A stretch of DNA of 64,000 bases. Origin: Balanoglossus misakiensis. Taxonomy: Eukaryota; Animalia; Hemichordata. The stretch is taken from NCBI GenBank assembly GCA_040954595.2, contig CM082580.2, forward strand, positions 9,216,390-9,280,389, written 5' to 3'. The notes under the pieces were generated by a model, which ran no database searches, was not told where the DNA came from, and saw only the letters and a program-made list of their open reading frames with translations. Of the stretch, positions 47,401 through 57,597 are shown one piece after another. Within the stretch, counting starts at the first letter, position 1; every line of letters begins with the position of its first letter. A program made the translations under genes and the position numbers.

Positions 47401-50400
47401 TTAGCCATGTGAATACATGTATAAGTGCAGAGCCACATGGTCATTGTGAGCTGTCGTTTGTTAGTTGAATGGGATGTATTAGTTCCAATGACCAGGGGTA
47501 ATGATTGTAAAGCACCTTGAGCACAATTGTGAATACATGCGCTATATAAGAACTGACTATTATTATTGAAAGACTAAGATAAGTCATTGTAACCATATAT
47601 GGACACGTGTAAATTAGAGATAATTGTATTCCTAAATGGTGACAATGCTTCAGGTGGAAAAAAGTTCTCCCCTGCTTGACAATGACACAGTTTCATCTTC
47701 ATCTGGTTGATCTTTTCCAGGTGATGGAGTGGGTGATGTTTGTGCGGATGACACGGATGGCGACGGTATCAGCGATGAATATGACAACTGTCCCCAAAAC
47801 AAGGATTACCACACCACCAGTTTTGAAGACTACATCTCGGTAGATCTGGACCCGTCTCTCACTGATGCCAATGCTTCGGATTGGTATATAGCTGACCAGG
47901 TAAAAAAAAAACTTCACATACATACTGGCATGGCTACAATGATATGCATATGTGCATGCAACTGATAGTGAAGCATGTACGCTTAGCTTCATGATGAAAA
48001 ATATCAGCAGTTTTGAATTTTGTATGAGTGAGTATGTGCGTGTTGTGTTTCTCATGACATTTACAGTGTGAATGATAGAAAATGTAACCAAACAGAAACG
48101 GGATATAAACTACCACAGGAAAAGTTTACACCCCAACCAAAATCTAAAATCTGATATACCCCCCTCCCCCCACCCTCAGGGCAAAGAAATCCGACAGCTG
48201 GCAAATACGGAAATGCCAGTCATCCTGATCGGGAAGGACTACTTCGGTCCAGTGGATTACTCCGGAACAATGTTTGTCAACACGGACAGTGGCCAGGACT
48301 ACATGGGATTTGTGTTCGGTTATCAGAGTTCGTGGAAGTTCTATGTCGTCATGTGGAGGCATGAAAATTTGAATTACGTGGATTATAGGGCTGGTATCAA
48401 AGGACTTCAGATCAAGGTACAAGTGCAGTGCAGTTTCTTTTTCTATTAAAATTTACTTTATTTCAGGGCTATCCTTTAAGGTTTATTCACAACATTCGCT
48501 CTTGTAATTAGTTCAGATTTCAATGGAAATTTAACTCTGAATAAGTGACTCTTTCTCTAGCACTAACAGTTTGTAAAAATCAGAATTTGCATCAACAAGG
48601 TTCGTACATGAAATAATGTTGATCTGATGGCAGTAATGCAGAGAAATCTGTGATTGTGACCCAAAGGTCACAAAAATAGATTTGAATGAGTCTCTGAAAC
48701 AACTGTTGTTCTGAAACGTAACATGGTGATCTGTCCTTTTCTTCATGTCAACAGAAAGTGGTTTCTACAATGGGACCCAGCAAAGATCTGGGAGATGCAC
48801 TGTGGCACTCGTATGACACAGCGGACCAAGTGACGTTATTGTGGCACGACCCGGTAATGAGGGGCTGGGAGCATCATGTGGGTTACACTTGGAGACTCAC
48901 TCATAGACCGTCTGTGGGACTGATCAGGTGCTGAAAACTATTTTCTCATCCTAGTAGTACATTTTTGGAACGTGCATCAGAACCCTGATTCCCATTTCAG
49001 GTTATCGCAGGAAATGGAAGAATTCACTCAACTTCTGTGTTTTGCAGGGTTGTAATCAAAGTCAAGGGGGAAACCATCGTCGATTCTGGAAACCTGTATG
49101 ACACGACCATCTCCGGGGGACGTCTTGGAATCTTCCAGTTTGCTCAACCGGACATCATCTGGTCCAATCTCCAATACAAGTGTGCAGACAGGTACTGTCT
49201 AGTGTGCATGTGTGACAAACATGTACATGAAGTATTATCTTGGACTGTGTTTCCAAAAGCCTCATGACCATCAGATCCACAGGGCATGGATTCAACAGCA
49301 TGTTTGCCTGCATATTTTCTAAGCATTGCACAATTGGCCACTGAACGCCTTCGATTCCAAAGAGCTCCTGTTGAGTAACATTTGTGAAAAACATAATAGC
49401 ACAGTACACCAAACAATAACCCCTCACTTCTCCATCTTTGCTCCCAGAATCAACCAGGCCTTGTATTTCGACGGCAAAGACGACTACGTGACGATGAACA
49501 CAATCCAGGCGTTCCAGATGGAGCTCAGCTTCACCATTGAGGCGTGGCTGTATCTGCCTGACAACTACCCCAGCAGAAAATTACCCATTGTCTGCACTGA
49601 TGATGATACCATTTGCTTTTACATTGAAAATAGGTAAGAGGACTCTGTTGTTTTTGTTGTTGGGAGAGGGTGTACATACCAGGGGAGATGTGTATGTCGA
49701 TCTCAGATGGTGCTTTCCTGGGCTAGATTGCACAAGCATATTGTGATGTTTGACGACTGTTTTTGTTGTGTCATTGCAGTTTGCTGATGGGGCAGGTTGG
49801 TTACAACCTGCTGGCCAACGCAACCACACCCGTGCAGGCCAATACCTGGAACCATGCAGCCATGCGATATGATGCCCAGAGTAAGTTCCCCCAGATAGAT
49901 GCAGGCCTTTCAGTGGTGACACAGCATTACACACAAAATTGTCTCTCTGTATATTTATAGCACCTGTGTCTCAAAAGCATGTGCAATTTGAATGAAGCGT
50001 GTGATCTCACCGTATTAAATTTAGTAGCAAACATTATGTGGTCATCCATTGATTCCCTGCAACTACAAGATTGAACTGTTTACATTATCAACCACTTGGC
50101 ATATATATCAGCAATGTGACTGGATTGACTTCTGAATTCTTTCAGATAATCAGCTGGATTTGTTTATCAACGGAACAAGTTCCGGGGCTGAAGCCACACT
50201 GACTGGTGCATCATCATATGTCTGGGTAAGTATGAGGTCTGCCTGTGCAGTGGGGGATGTTGAAATTTTATGAGGTCTCTTGATGTGTAAGTAATGCTTT
50301 TTTGTGTAACTTACATTTATTTCTCTGTGTCTCAAATGCAGACTGAAGATACCATGTTGTATCTGGGGAAAGGAAACTACAGTTACTTCAAAGGAATCAT

Positions 50401-51190
50401 GGATGAGGTGAGTTCCTTTGCACGTCTTCCCGGGAAAGTGGCACGATAGTTTAAAATTGTCAGGTTCTATTCTACATTAACTGTGTGAATTTTGACTGAA
50501 GGTTTTTTAAAGGCTTTTTGTATACAACTCTATGAACCTATAATCTATCTGTAGGTACGTATTTGGGGACTGGCGTTATCTGATGAAGAGATCGATGAGC
50601 ACATGCAGCTTGCTGGCTTGGAGAGACAGAGACACAAGAAACTACTGGAGGCACACTATAGCATGGATTCAGAAAGTGAAGGTCTGTAGTGGAAATCAAA
50701 CATAAAGTCCCTGTTTCAGTGCAAAAATTCACAAATGACAGAACGGTTAACTGCACAGGTTTCTATATAGACAGATCATGTCTGTAATTGTAATTACGAT
50801 GTGAAAAGTAGTAATGTTCATTTGGTCAACTTTTTCAGTATGGTCACATGGTGGTGCTCTAGCCCATTTTGGCTCCAAATCAAGTCTTGAAGTTTCATAC
50901 GTTACCACAAAATCTGAGGTTCTTTAGACCTGTTGGTAGCACTACCAGGCAGCTGCAGGTCAGGTCAGTTGTTACAGTATACAAATTGAATGATGGTCAC
51001 TGATCTTTCCTCTTTCTTCTCAGGTGACACAGTGCTTATAGACAGTGGGCTGTACGGCCACAATGGCGCCATAGAAGGCAATGCGTTATTCGTGTCTAGT
51101 AGTCTTGACCAAGGAAGATTCCAGCTCACTTATCCGGACGCCCGGAGGAGGCGACGGAGAAGCCTCTTCTACGATCACTCTGAACTTTAA
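18298..51190 (+). CDS. Giant secreted mosaic protein, mega-thrombospondin-like (~67 coding exons, ~2,900 aa by summing exon lengths by hand)
   Basis: Signal peptide [26 protein letters not shown]; LRR N-cap CSGCSC (18689-18832); ~29 LRR exons mostly of ~72 nt or multiples (18941-29417); LRR C-cap NPLGCDC (29735); FN3-like (30061-30804); PA14/fibro-slime (31995-36053); cadherin motifs LDYE and DINDNCP (36608-37719); discoidin FA58C QWLLVDM...YIRIRPQTW (38031-39176); Cys-rich repeats (39390-40726); EGF-Ca (41200-45621); TSP type-3 DxDxDGxGDxCD repeats (45887-47899); TSP C-terminal [15 protein letters not shown] (48180-49191); LamG/pentraxin-like [11 protein letters not shown] (49448-51190). Confidence 0.88.
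31655..31775 (+). repeat. Degenerate intronic minisatellite built on a CCAATAA motif
   Basis: About five copies of (T)CCAATAA(C), the first four 20-25 bp apart. Confidence 0.5.
33004..35466 (+). repeat. ~2.46 kb compound microsatellite, (GT)n interrupted by GGGT, inside intron 32994-35556
   Basis: Almost exclusively G and T. It produces the spurious VC- and HT-rich ORFs in five frames of the ORF track. Confidence 0.98.
40826..41004. mobile_element. MITE, Tc1/mariner-pogo type non-autonomous element
   Basis: Perfect 14 bp TIRs CAGTGAAACCTGTC / GACAGGTTTCACTG flanked by TA on both sides, ~180 bp, internal GGACACCT sub-repeats. Confidence 0.8.
41914..44133 (-). CDS. TRIM-NHL E3 ubiquitin ligase (RING, two B-boxes, coiled coil, filamin, NHL repeats; TRIM2/3/71-like), 739 aa, intronless CDS
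   Basis: [32 protein letters not shown]; B-boxes CEGC..CVEC..LCDSC..H and [18 protein letters not shown]; filamin [13 protein letters not shown]; [22 protein letters not shown]. Confidence 0.93.
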   Translation of the reverse strand: MATGGEGRVLKEIGEDFLSCTICLELFKTPKVLPCLHTYCQQCLVTLVEKTGSLDCPECRQRYELPPGQVPSLKGNFFMANLVEAFKQRSGHESVLSAEIKCEGCRENTATHRCVECKDYLCDSCVRVHRNLSATRTHKLMTIEEYKTAQSTGPVTSLAVVEYCGVHAENAIKFYCETCQEPVCTDCTIIKHRVPEHVHRDLKDAADEYREELRVMVDKVKAKEREAEMSKDLAKEIHGDLTEHCQTEVSRVQMRAEEIISKIQREQQRLVDELNKSCQMKIKMANADVEELDLQHGNIKGTCNYIETLLHHGNAAQLLSTKTDAEQRIKQLITTEIVKPQRHNEEEVVFEQGLDFCEHGVLGLLKSDICISKCTVENVPKQLWKGDSVDLLITTRDSTGQQVIPKQNVKAQIKEPCGLWEWEDINVSDNRDGTHRVTVTGHVDGTYQVAITIGDEPIPGSKVIIPVFNRLLKDIGSHGSNSGQYNKPLSVAINKGSDIIVADTSNQRLQIITKKGTVKKILKFTQFSQPFFPLDLAISSDNSYLNLDSKNKQVVVSDQNGCLIRCFGENELIDPWGISVSHVNGNVYVTDKGAYCVRIYAQHGKYIRSFGSEGEGQGQFHLPCGIDVGSNGMVYVADNANQNIQEFDSDDQYLYSFPCKSKDGALRRPRGIATENDKYVYVSTDGSGILKFETGGKFVCRIDSDDDRANCYGIALTDDIPCRVVVADVTDNCIKVFQQ

Positions 51191-52359
51191 ACCAACAACA
51201 TGTATATTTTCGATGCCCCTTGCATTTGCTGAATCATATCCTGCCAAAAACTTTAGTCTGGGTCTGGCCAGGACTGGAAAGGTATGGCCAACCAGCCACA
51301 GTGGTCCCACTGGGAGTTTTTCATTACATAAAATGACAAGTGATAGTGTAGGAAAAAGGCAATTAATATGCAATTTCTTTTGAAACCCAATTTTATTAAG
51401 TGTAATATAATCTTGACAGAACTGTAATTAATCAAGAAAAGTATATAAGATATTTTTGTGTACAGATTTGACAAAGGAAGTTCAGCTATAAGGGTATAAA
51501 TTGTATAGACTTGAATATAACCAATGTTGTCTGAGAATATTTCAAGTGTTTTCTCAGTGTCAGATATGTGTATTGATTTATATGTATATCATGCCTGAAT
51601 AGACATACTGACCAGAGAATTTGATTAAGATGTACATAGCCATATAGTTATGATATCCAAATGCTTATGAAATTGTAGCACATATAATTTTATTGCCATG
51701 GTTTAAAATTCAGATCATTTCGTCCATGGAACCCCCTTGAAAATGCAATCAAACTGCAATATTCCCGTTGTTTTACTATGGAGTGTGGGGCCAAACCACC
51801 CACTGCTGGGGGTGGGGGTGATGGGAGGGGGGAATAACATTACAGTACCGTTTCAAGAAATTCAGAAGAGTACATATAAGATGTAGAGCAATTTATATTT
51901 GAATCATTGGCCTTGCCGTCCAGAGGTATCGAAAAGACATCATTTCTACTGTCCTGTAATAATGTGATTTTTTGTACAAATTTTCCAATGTGTTTTTAAG
52001 TTCAATGTTTATCTGAATATCTGAATTAATGCAGCCACGAGAGGCTTGTCTATGTCACTCTTAATTAATCCTATGACTGTGTGGAATTCATTTTGTCTGG
52101 TGAAATGTTATGTAACGCTGAAAGAATTTAGTTTCATGTAAACTTTCTCATGGATTTACGTTATTTGAAGTGTTTCATCGGAGTTTTGCAAAGTACTTGA
52201 ACTGGAAGTGTACATAGGCCGGTATCCACAGTTTTTAATTTTTTTTTCATTGACAGAAGTATTTTCCCTGATATGATACACACAATCTCTATCATTTACA
52301 TGAAACTTATTTTTATGACAGGAACACCCAGGAGGTGTGTGTCCACTGTTTATAATACT

Positions 52360-52365
52360 AATAAA
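52360..52365 (+). terminator. Candidate polyadenylation signal of the mega-thrombospondin-like gene
   Basis: AATAAA ~1.17 kb after the stop codon, just before a switch to CpG-rich sequence. Confidence 0.45.
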
Positions 52366-52499
52366 CAGTACATGGCAATTTTGTACTATTTTTCAGAAAA
52401 TTATAAATATTTGTAAACTTTCGAAAAAAATGTGAAATCATTTACTGTTCAATTTTATACACGAGAGTGATACACAACCTCAGTACATACATATAACAG

Positions 52500-53580
52500 T
52501 TCCGTACATTTCTCGCCGTCGGTGGCGCTGTTCATGCTGTCATGACAGTTCGGTGTCACGTGCACGTGCAAGCCCATTCTCACTACCGTCGCTCGTCTAT
52601 GCTGTGTAGGTCAATGGTAAAAAAGAAAAGAAAAAAAGTACTTTTCTTCGGCTCTCTTTTGGCTTCATCGCGGTCAAGTCTCTACGATCGAGTGACTGAA
52701 GAGCGAAAGATGATTGGTTCTTTCGCAGACCGTACCGCAAAATACCCATCATGCTTTGGGTCACAAACGTTCTTGTGCGTTTCGATTGTTCTGTTGCTGT
52801 CGGCAACCGTGACTCTCCGCAACACTACCAGCCAGCCGCCGGATGGACGCCACTCTTCGCGCTTCAGAGTAACAAAAGACGAGAAACTTTCCCTGAAATC
52901 CTGATTTCATCATTTGGTAGTTCTAACACACTTCAAGTACTTATAACATTGCCATCCGAAAAGCGCCGCTTCTCGGTAAGATTCATGTCTAACTCTTGTT
53001 TTTTACAGCACTGTCGCATAGACAATGCTACGAGGCTACGACGAGAGCAAGTCTAAAGGAAACTTTATACGCAAATTTTAGGTCAAACACTCCTACTAAA
53101 AATAAGTACATTTTCTCATTGGAATGTTTTACCCCTTGTTCACAAGATTTAAAGGTTTAGAATAATCTGTACAGGCAAAGTTTCCCCCTTCGCCAAATGA
53201 AATGAAAGTTCGGGTCCGCGGAAAGCCGCGCCTAAAGGCTATCGCCACCAGGCGGTGAGAAAAGAATGTTCGCCATACTTGTTGCTAAGTTACCCGCTCA
53301 CGGACGCGCGAAAGTTCTCGCGATGAAATTCCCATCATGCTTTTGTCGCAAGAAAAGAGGAAGTGTTCTGATGTTCTATTTGTGTCACTGTTGCCATAGA
53401 CGACTCCTCACGATCACAAAGCACAAGCAGCCGCTCTTCGCTCTCTGCTTTCGTTTCAGTTTCTTTGCTGAAAAGTGGCTGGTTGAGAACCCGTTCTTCA
53501 CGCATTTGTTTTGGCAGTGTTCACCGGAACTACTGGACATAAAATATGAAGAGCGCCTCCCTCGGGTAAGAATCGTGAGA
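52500..53580 (+). other. Two diverged CpG-rich direct repeats (~52500-52985 and ~53230-53575), each ending in a splice-donor-like site; possible duplicated promoter or non-coding first exon
   Basis: Shared AAATWCCCATCATGCTTT, GACTC, CAGCCGC, CTCTTCGC, and terminal AGCGCC..CTCG(G)|GTAAGA. No conserved ORF. Confidence 0.5.
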
Positions 53581-54176
53581 GACTTTTGTTTTCTGTAATA
53601 TTTGCCGTGTTACACATACAGTGCGATGCTAAACAACTCGGGAAAAGTTAGCGATTTCATACAGGCCGTATAATCGTTTTGACCATGTGCGCCATTGGTT
53701 AAAAATTATACAAAATAACCATTGAATTCTAATTTTATATAAAAAGTCGTAGAAGAGGTACTGTATGTCAGTAAACTTTATACAAACAGCGATACACAAG
53801 CTTCGGTCGCAGTCTCTGTGCTTCGGCCAAACATCGCATTGCATGCATTGCGCGCACGGCTGCGTGCGCGTCGCACGAATGTAATGTTGTCAAGTAGCGC
53901 GTTCGTTCCACCTGCTCACGTCAGACGCGCTGCCGTACAGCGATTGTAACGCGTGAATAATTCTAACCAAGCTAGGGGGGTCAGACATGGACCACAAGTT
54001 GGCGTGGTTTCTATTTGTTGCAATGTGGTAATGCGTTACTATCGTAACAGATTAGGCCCTTTGTATCACATATACAGCTCAATTCAATAGACAGTGATTT
54101 TAATATTCAGCGGTGTCTGTCGTTTAGTCTTCCGAACGAAAACATGATATTTCTGGGCTTTAAGAGGTTGCATCAA

Positions 54177-54389
54177 AGAGTCATCCAAGCTATGGTCACG
54201 TGGGTAGCCATGGAAAGTACGCCGGGGGAAGTACACTGGTGGTGAACAAGTAGAACTGATGTTTGGTGGTTCGGCCATCCCGTCATTCCTTGTCTCCACT
54301 AAAAAACGCTGGCGTAGGAGTACACGGTGAAGTTTTACTGTGAAACGCCCGGCACGGTGAAGAGACCCCAGAACCGCTTGGAAGTCTCT
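54177..54389 (+). ncRNA. Candidate structured ncRNA, copy 1 (213 nt)
   Basis: Terminal stem AGAG..TCCAAGC / GCTTGGA..CTCT; conserved TGGTCACGTGGGTAGC and GTGAAGTTTTACTGTGAAACGCCCGGCACGGTGAAGAGACCCCAGAACCGC; inner stem TACGCCGG/CTGGCGTA. Confidence 0.6.
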
Positions 54390-54747
54390 CCAAAATTTGT
54401 TACATTTAAAAAAAATTGTGATTCGGCACCGGCATACAACTTTTATGTCCTTTTAAACCGAGTTTTGAATTGAGCTGCATATGTGAATAAATGTAAATAA
54501 CGCCAACGTATATTTTCTATTCTAAGTTTGGCAAAATAATTTTCTATGTTACCATGAACGGTAGACTTCACACACAGTCACTAAAACGCACAAGTTTCCT
54601 TAGATTTTTTTGGGGGGGTGAGGGGGGTAACATATAGCTGATGAAGTTGACAATTTCCCAATCGAATGGTACAAGGTAATCTTATCTGTCATTGTCTTGA
54701 CAAATTCTCGCAGCCAAACTTTTCCGGGTAAAAGAAATCATGCCTAT

Positions 54748-54989
54748 GAGCCCTTGTACGCTATGGTCACGTGGGTAGCTGTGGAAATTACACCAGTAGT
54801 GAACAGGTCGAGGCAGGGGTCAGGTGGTTGAGTGAAAGGGGAGAGAACGAGCCGACCCATCGCCGTTTGTAGACCTTGTTCAGGGTCAAATCTTGTACCC
54901 ACCCCTCCGCTGGTGTATGAATACATAGTGAAGTTTTACTGTGAAATGCCCGGCACGGTAAAGAGACCCCAGAACCGCTTACAGGGCTC
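54748..54989 (+). ncRNA. Candidate structured ncRNA, copy 2 (242 nt)
   Basis: Terminal stem GAGCCC.TGTA / TACAGGGCTC (different sequence, pairing kept); same core motifs; inner stems TACACCAG/CTGGTGTA and TGAACAGGTC/GACCTTGTTCA. Confidence 0.6.
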
Positions 54990-55662
54990 CGTAAAACTGT
55001 TTTCGTTTGTTTCTTTCTCTAAACTATTAGACTAACGACAGATAAGGTTACTTTTCCCAACAATGAGAACCATATTTTTCACATCATCTTTGAAAAATAC
55101 ATGCGCAAATGTGTATAGTGTAATTAGAGCAGTATCATTCATTTTACCAAAGAAGTCGAGAAACTGCCGGCGATAATTTGTAAAATTTCATCGGCTTACA
55201 GAATGGGGCTCAGCATTCGTAAGGAGACACTTTTGTCAAGCGAGAAACAAAGTCAACAGACCACTATTCTAAGATTTATAGACCTATCATACTTTTGTTG
55301 CAAATAGTAGGAAGGTGTGCATCACAGTTTCGAAATTAAGAGAATTATCCTAAACGTCGAACCAGAAGACAGGAGACATGATATTTGGATGACAGTTGGA
55401 ATGTGAAAGAGATTTAGAAACCCAATCGTATATATGACAACTGCTTCGGTGCTACGGAAACAAGATATTGTCTACGGGATCAACGTTGTATATACATTGT
55501 ACGTGGACATCGCAACCAGAGATGGACAATTTAAGGTAAGTCCCCTCGCCTGGGGTATTCTCGGTGAGTACAGTCTTGTTTTTCTTCTGCCTTTGCGCCA
55601 AAAAAAAGATATCTGTCATTCTTTTTTGTCTTCATGTTTCCGGGCTAAAGAACTTACATCAA

Positions 55663-55941
55663 AGATTCCTCCAAGCCATGGCCGCGTGGGTAGCTGTTTG
55701 TTGTGCACTGATGTAGCCAGTGGGCAGGTTGAGGAAAAGGTTTTGTGCACTGTTGACGCAGAACTCAGTACTCCTTGCTCTGGCAACGGGGCAGGTCGAG
55801 GAAAGTCTGTTTCATCTTGACACTGATCTCTGTACTCCTTGTTCAGGGTTATACGTCGGTGTATCGGTTTTCAGTGAAGTTTTACTGTGACATGCCCGGC
55901 ACAGTAAAGAAACCCCAGAGCCGCTCGGATTCGAGGAGTCT
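55663..55941 (+). ncRNA. Candidate structured ncRNA, copy 3 (279 nt)
   Basis: Terminal stem AGATTCCTC/GAGGAGTCT; inner stem TGCACTGATGTA/TACGTCGGTGTA; two internal hairpin modules. Confidence 0.6.
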
Positions 55942-56571
55942 CCAAATTGTCCTGTAGTTTGTTTTGGGGCGACAGTTTTGTTACTCATCCAACGGCTTAT
56001 CACAACACTGGTCAGAACATAGTCGAAAAAAATCAATTCTTCAACGATGTTAGGGATCTCCAAAGGTAGATCACGAAACAGACGACGAATGGGCCACACG
56101 AAAGCAAACTTTAATGTGTGTTTTACACGATTTTCACGATTTTGGAAATATATCTTCAGTTAGAAAAAAGTTAAATATGCAAATTTGCATTTCATTGATT
56201 AGAAAGTGTTCAGGTTTTCTCAATATAACCCAAGGTGTTTACAGAAACCATTCGAGTGGGTGAACACCGGAGCTGAAAGGTGGGTCCTTTGGAAACATAA
56301 AAGAATGACAGAACGGCTATGTGTACATAAAATGTAGTATGTAATGAAAACATGTGCGACACATGGAAACGGGAAGAAGACTTCCTAACAAGATTGTGAA
56401 CATTATCGAAAGTGGAGGACATCGGCGCCTGTCATTTTTTCCGTAAGTACAGCCTCGGTGAGTACAGTCTCTGCCTTTAAGCAAAATATGCATGATCTGT
56501 TGATTTCTCTGTCATTCTTTTTTGTCTTCACGACATCAATTAATGTTTCCGGGCTAGAGAACTGACGTCAA

Positions 56572-56844
56572 AGACTCCTCTAAGCCATGGCCGCGTGGGT
56601 AGCTGTTGACTGTGCACTGGCAGTGTGCAGGTTGAGGAAAGGATTTGGTGCAATGTTGGCGCAGGTCTCAGTACTCCTTGCTCTGGCAACGGGGCAGGTC
56701 GAGGAAAGTCTGTTTCATCTTGACACTGATCTCAGTACTCCTTGTTCAGGGTTATACGTCGGTGTATCGGTTCTCAGTGAAGTTTTACTGTGATATGCCC
56801 GGCACAGTAAAGAAACCCCAGAGCCGCTCGGATTCGAGGAGTCT
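56572..56844 (+). ncRNA. Candidate structured ncRNA, copy 4 (273 nt)
   Basis: Near-identical to copy 5; terminal stem AGACTCCTC/GAGGAGTCT. Confidence 0.6.
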
Positions 56845-57597
56845 CCAAATTGTCCTGTAGTTTGTTTTGGGGCGACAGATTTCTTACTCATCCAACGGCT
56901 TATCACAACACTGGTAAGAACATAATTGGGGGTGGGGGGTGGGGGGTGGGTCAAATCTTGGAGTCAACGATGTATCGATGCAGTAAGTCAGTGTATTTAC
57001 CAAAATTTCCATGGTGCTCCTCATACACACTAATTATCGGCTAAAATATTTGTAATATAAAATTTATTAATATGAAGACGCGTAAACCAAGATTTAATCA
57101 GGTCTTGCCGCCATTTTGAACTAATATCTGTTCATCAAATTTGATTCAAACGTGATTAGCCGTTCTTGAGTTGTCGATGACAGAGACACGCGCATACACA
57201 AAAGGATAGACGCACATAATTCGGTCCTTTGTGTGGACACGTGAGCTAAAGGTGGGTGTGTCCCTTTGAAGCATAAAAGAATGACAGAACAGGTGTGTGC
57301 ATATGCAATCATGCAAATATATGCTGCATATCCAAGATGGACGTTACAACTTGCACGGTCGACAAAACACGAGACGGCTGAACTCAAGGAAACTACTAGT
57401 AGAAATCCCTAGAAGATTTCCTACCAAGATTGCCAACAGCATGAACGAAAGCGGTTGGCTCCTGGCGCGTTTTCGGTAAGTACAGTCTCGTTATTCTTAT
57501 GCCTTTGCGCAAACTATGATCTGTATATTTCTCTGTCATTCTTTTTCGCTTTCCGTTTCATAATATCACTGTTTCCGGGCTAAAGAACTGACGTCAA

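Noticed and set aside
55790-55812. GAGGAAAGTC resembling the RNase P/MRP P4 motif; CTGTGA..GAAAC resembling a hammerhead core
   Set aside because: No complementary 3' P4 strand, the motif is absent from copies 1-2, and the hammerhead CUGANGA core is not matched.
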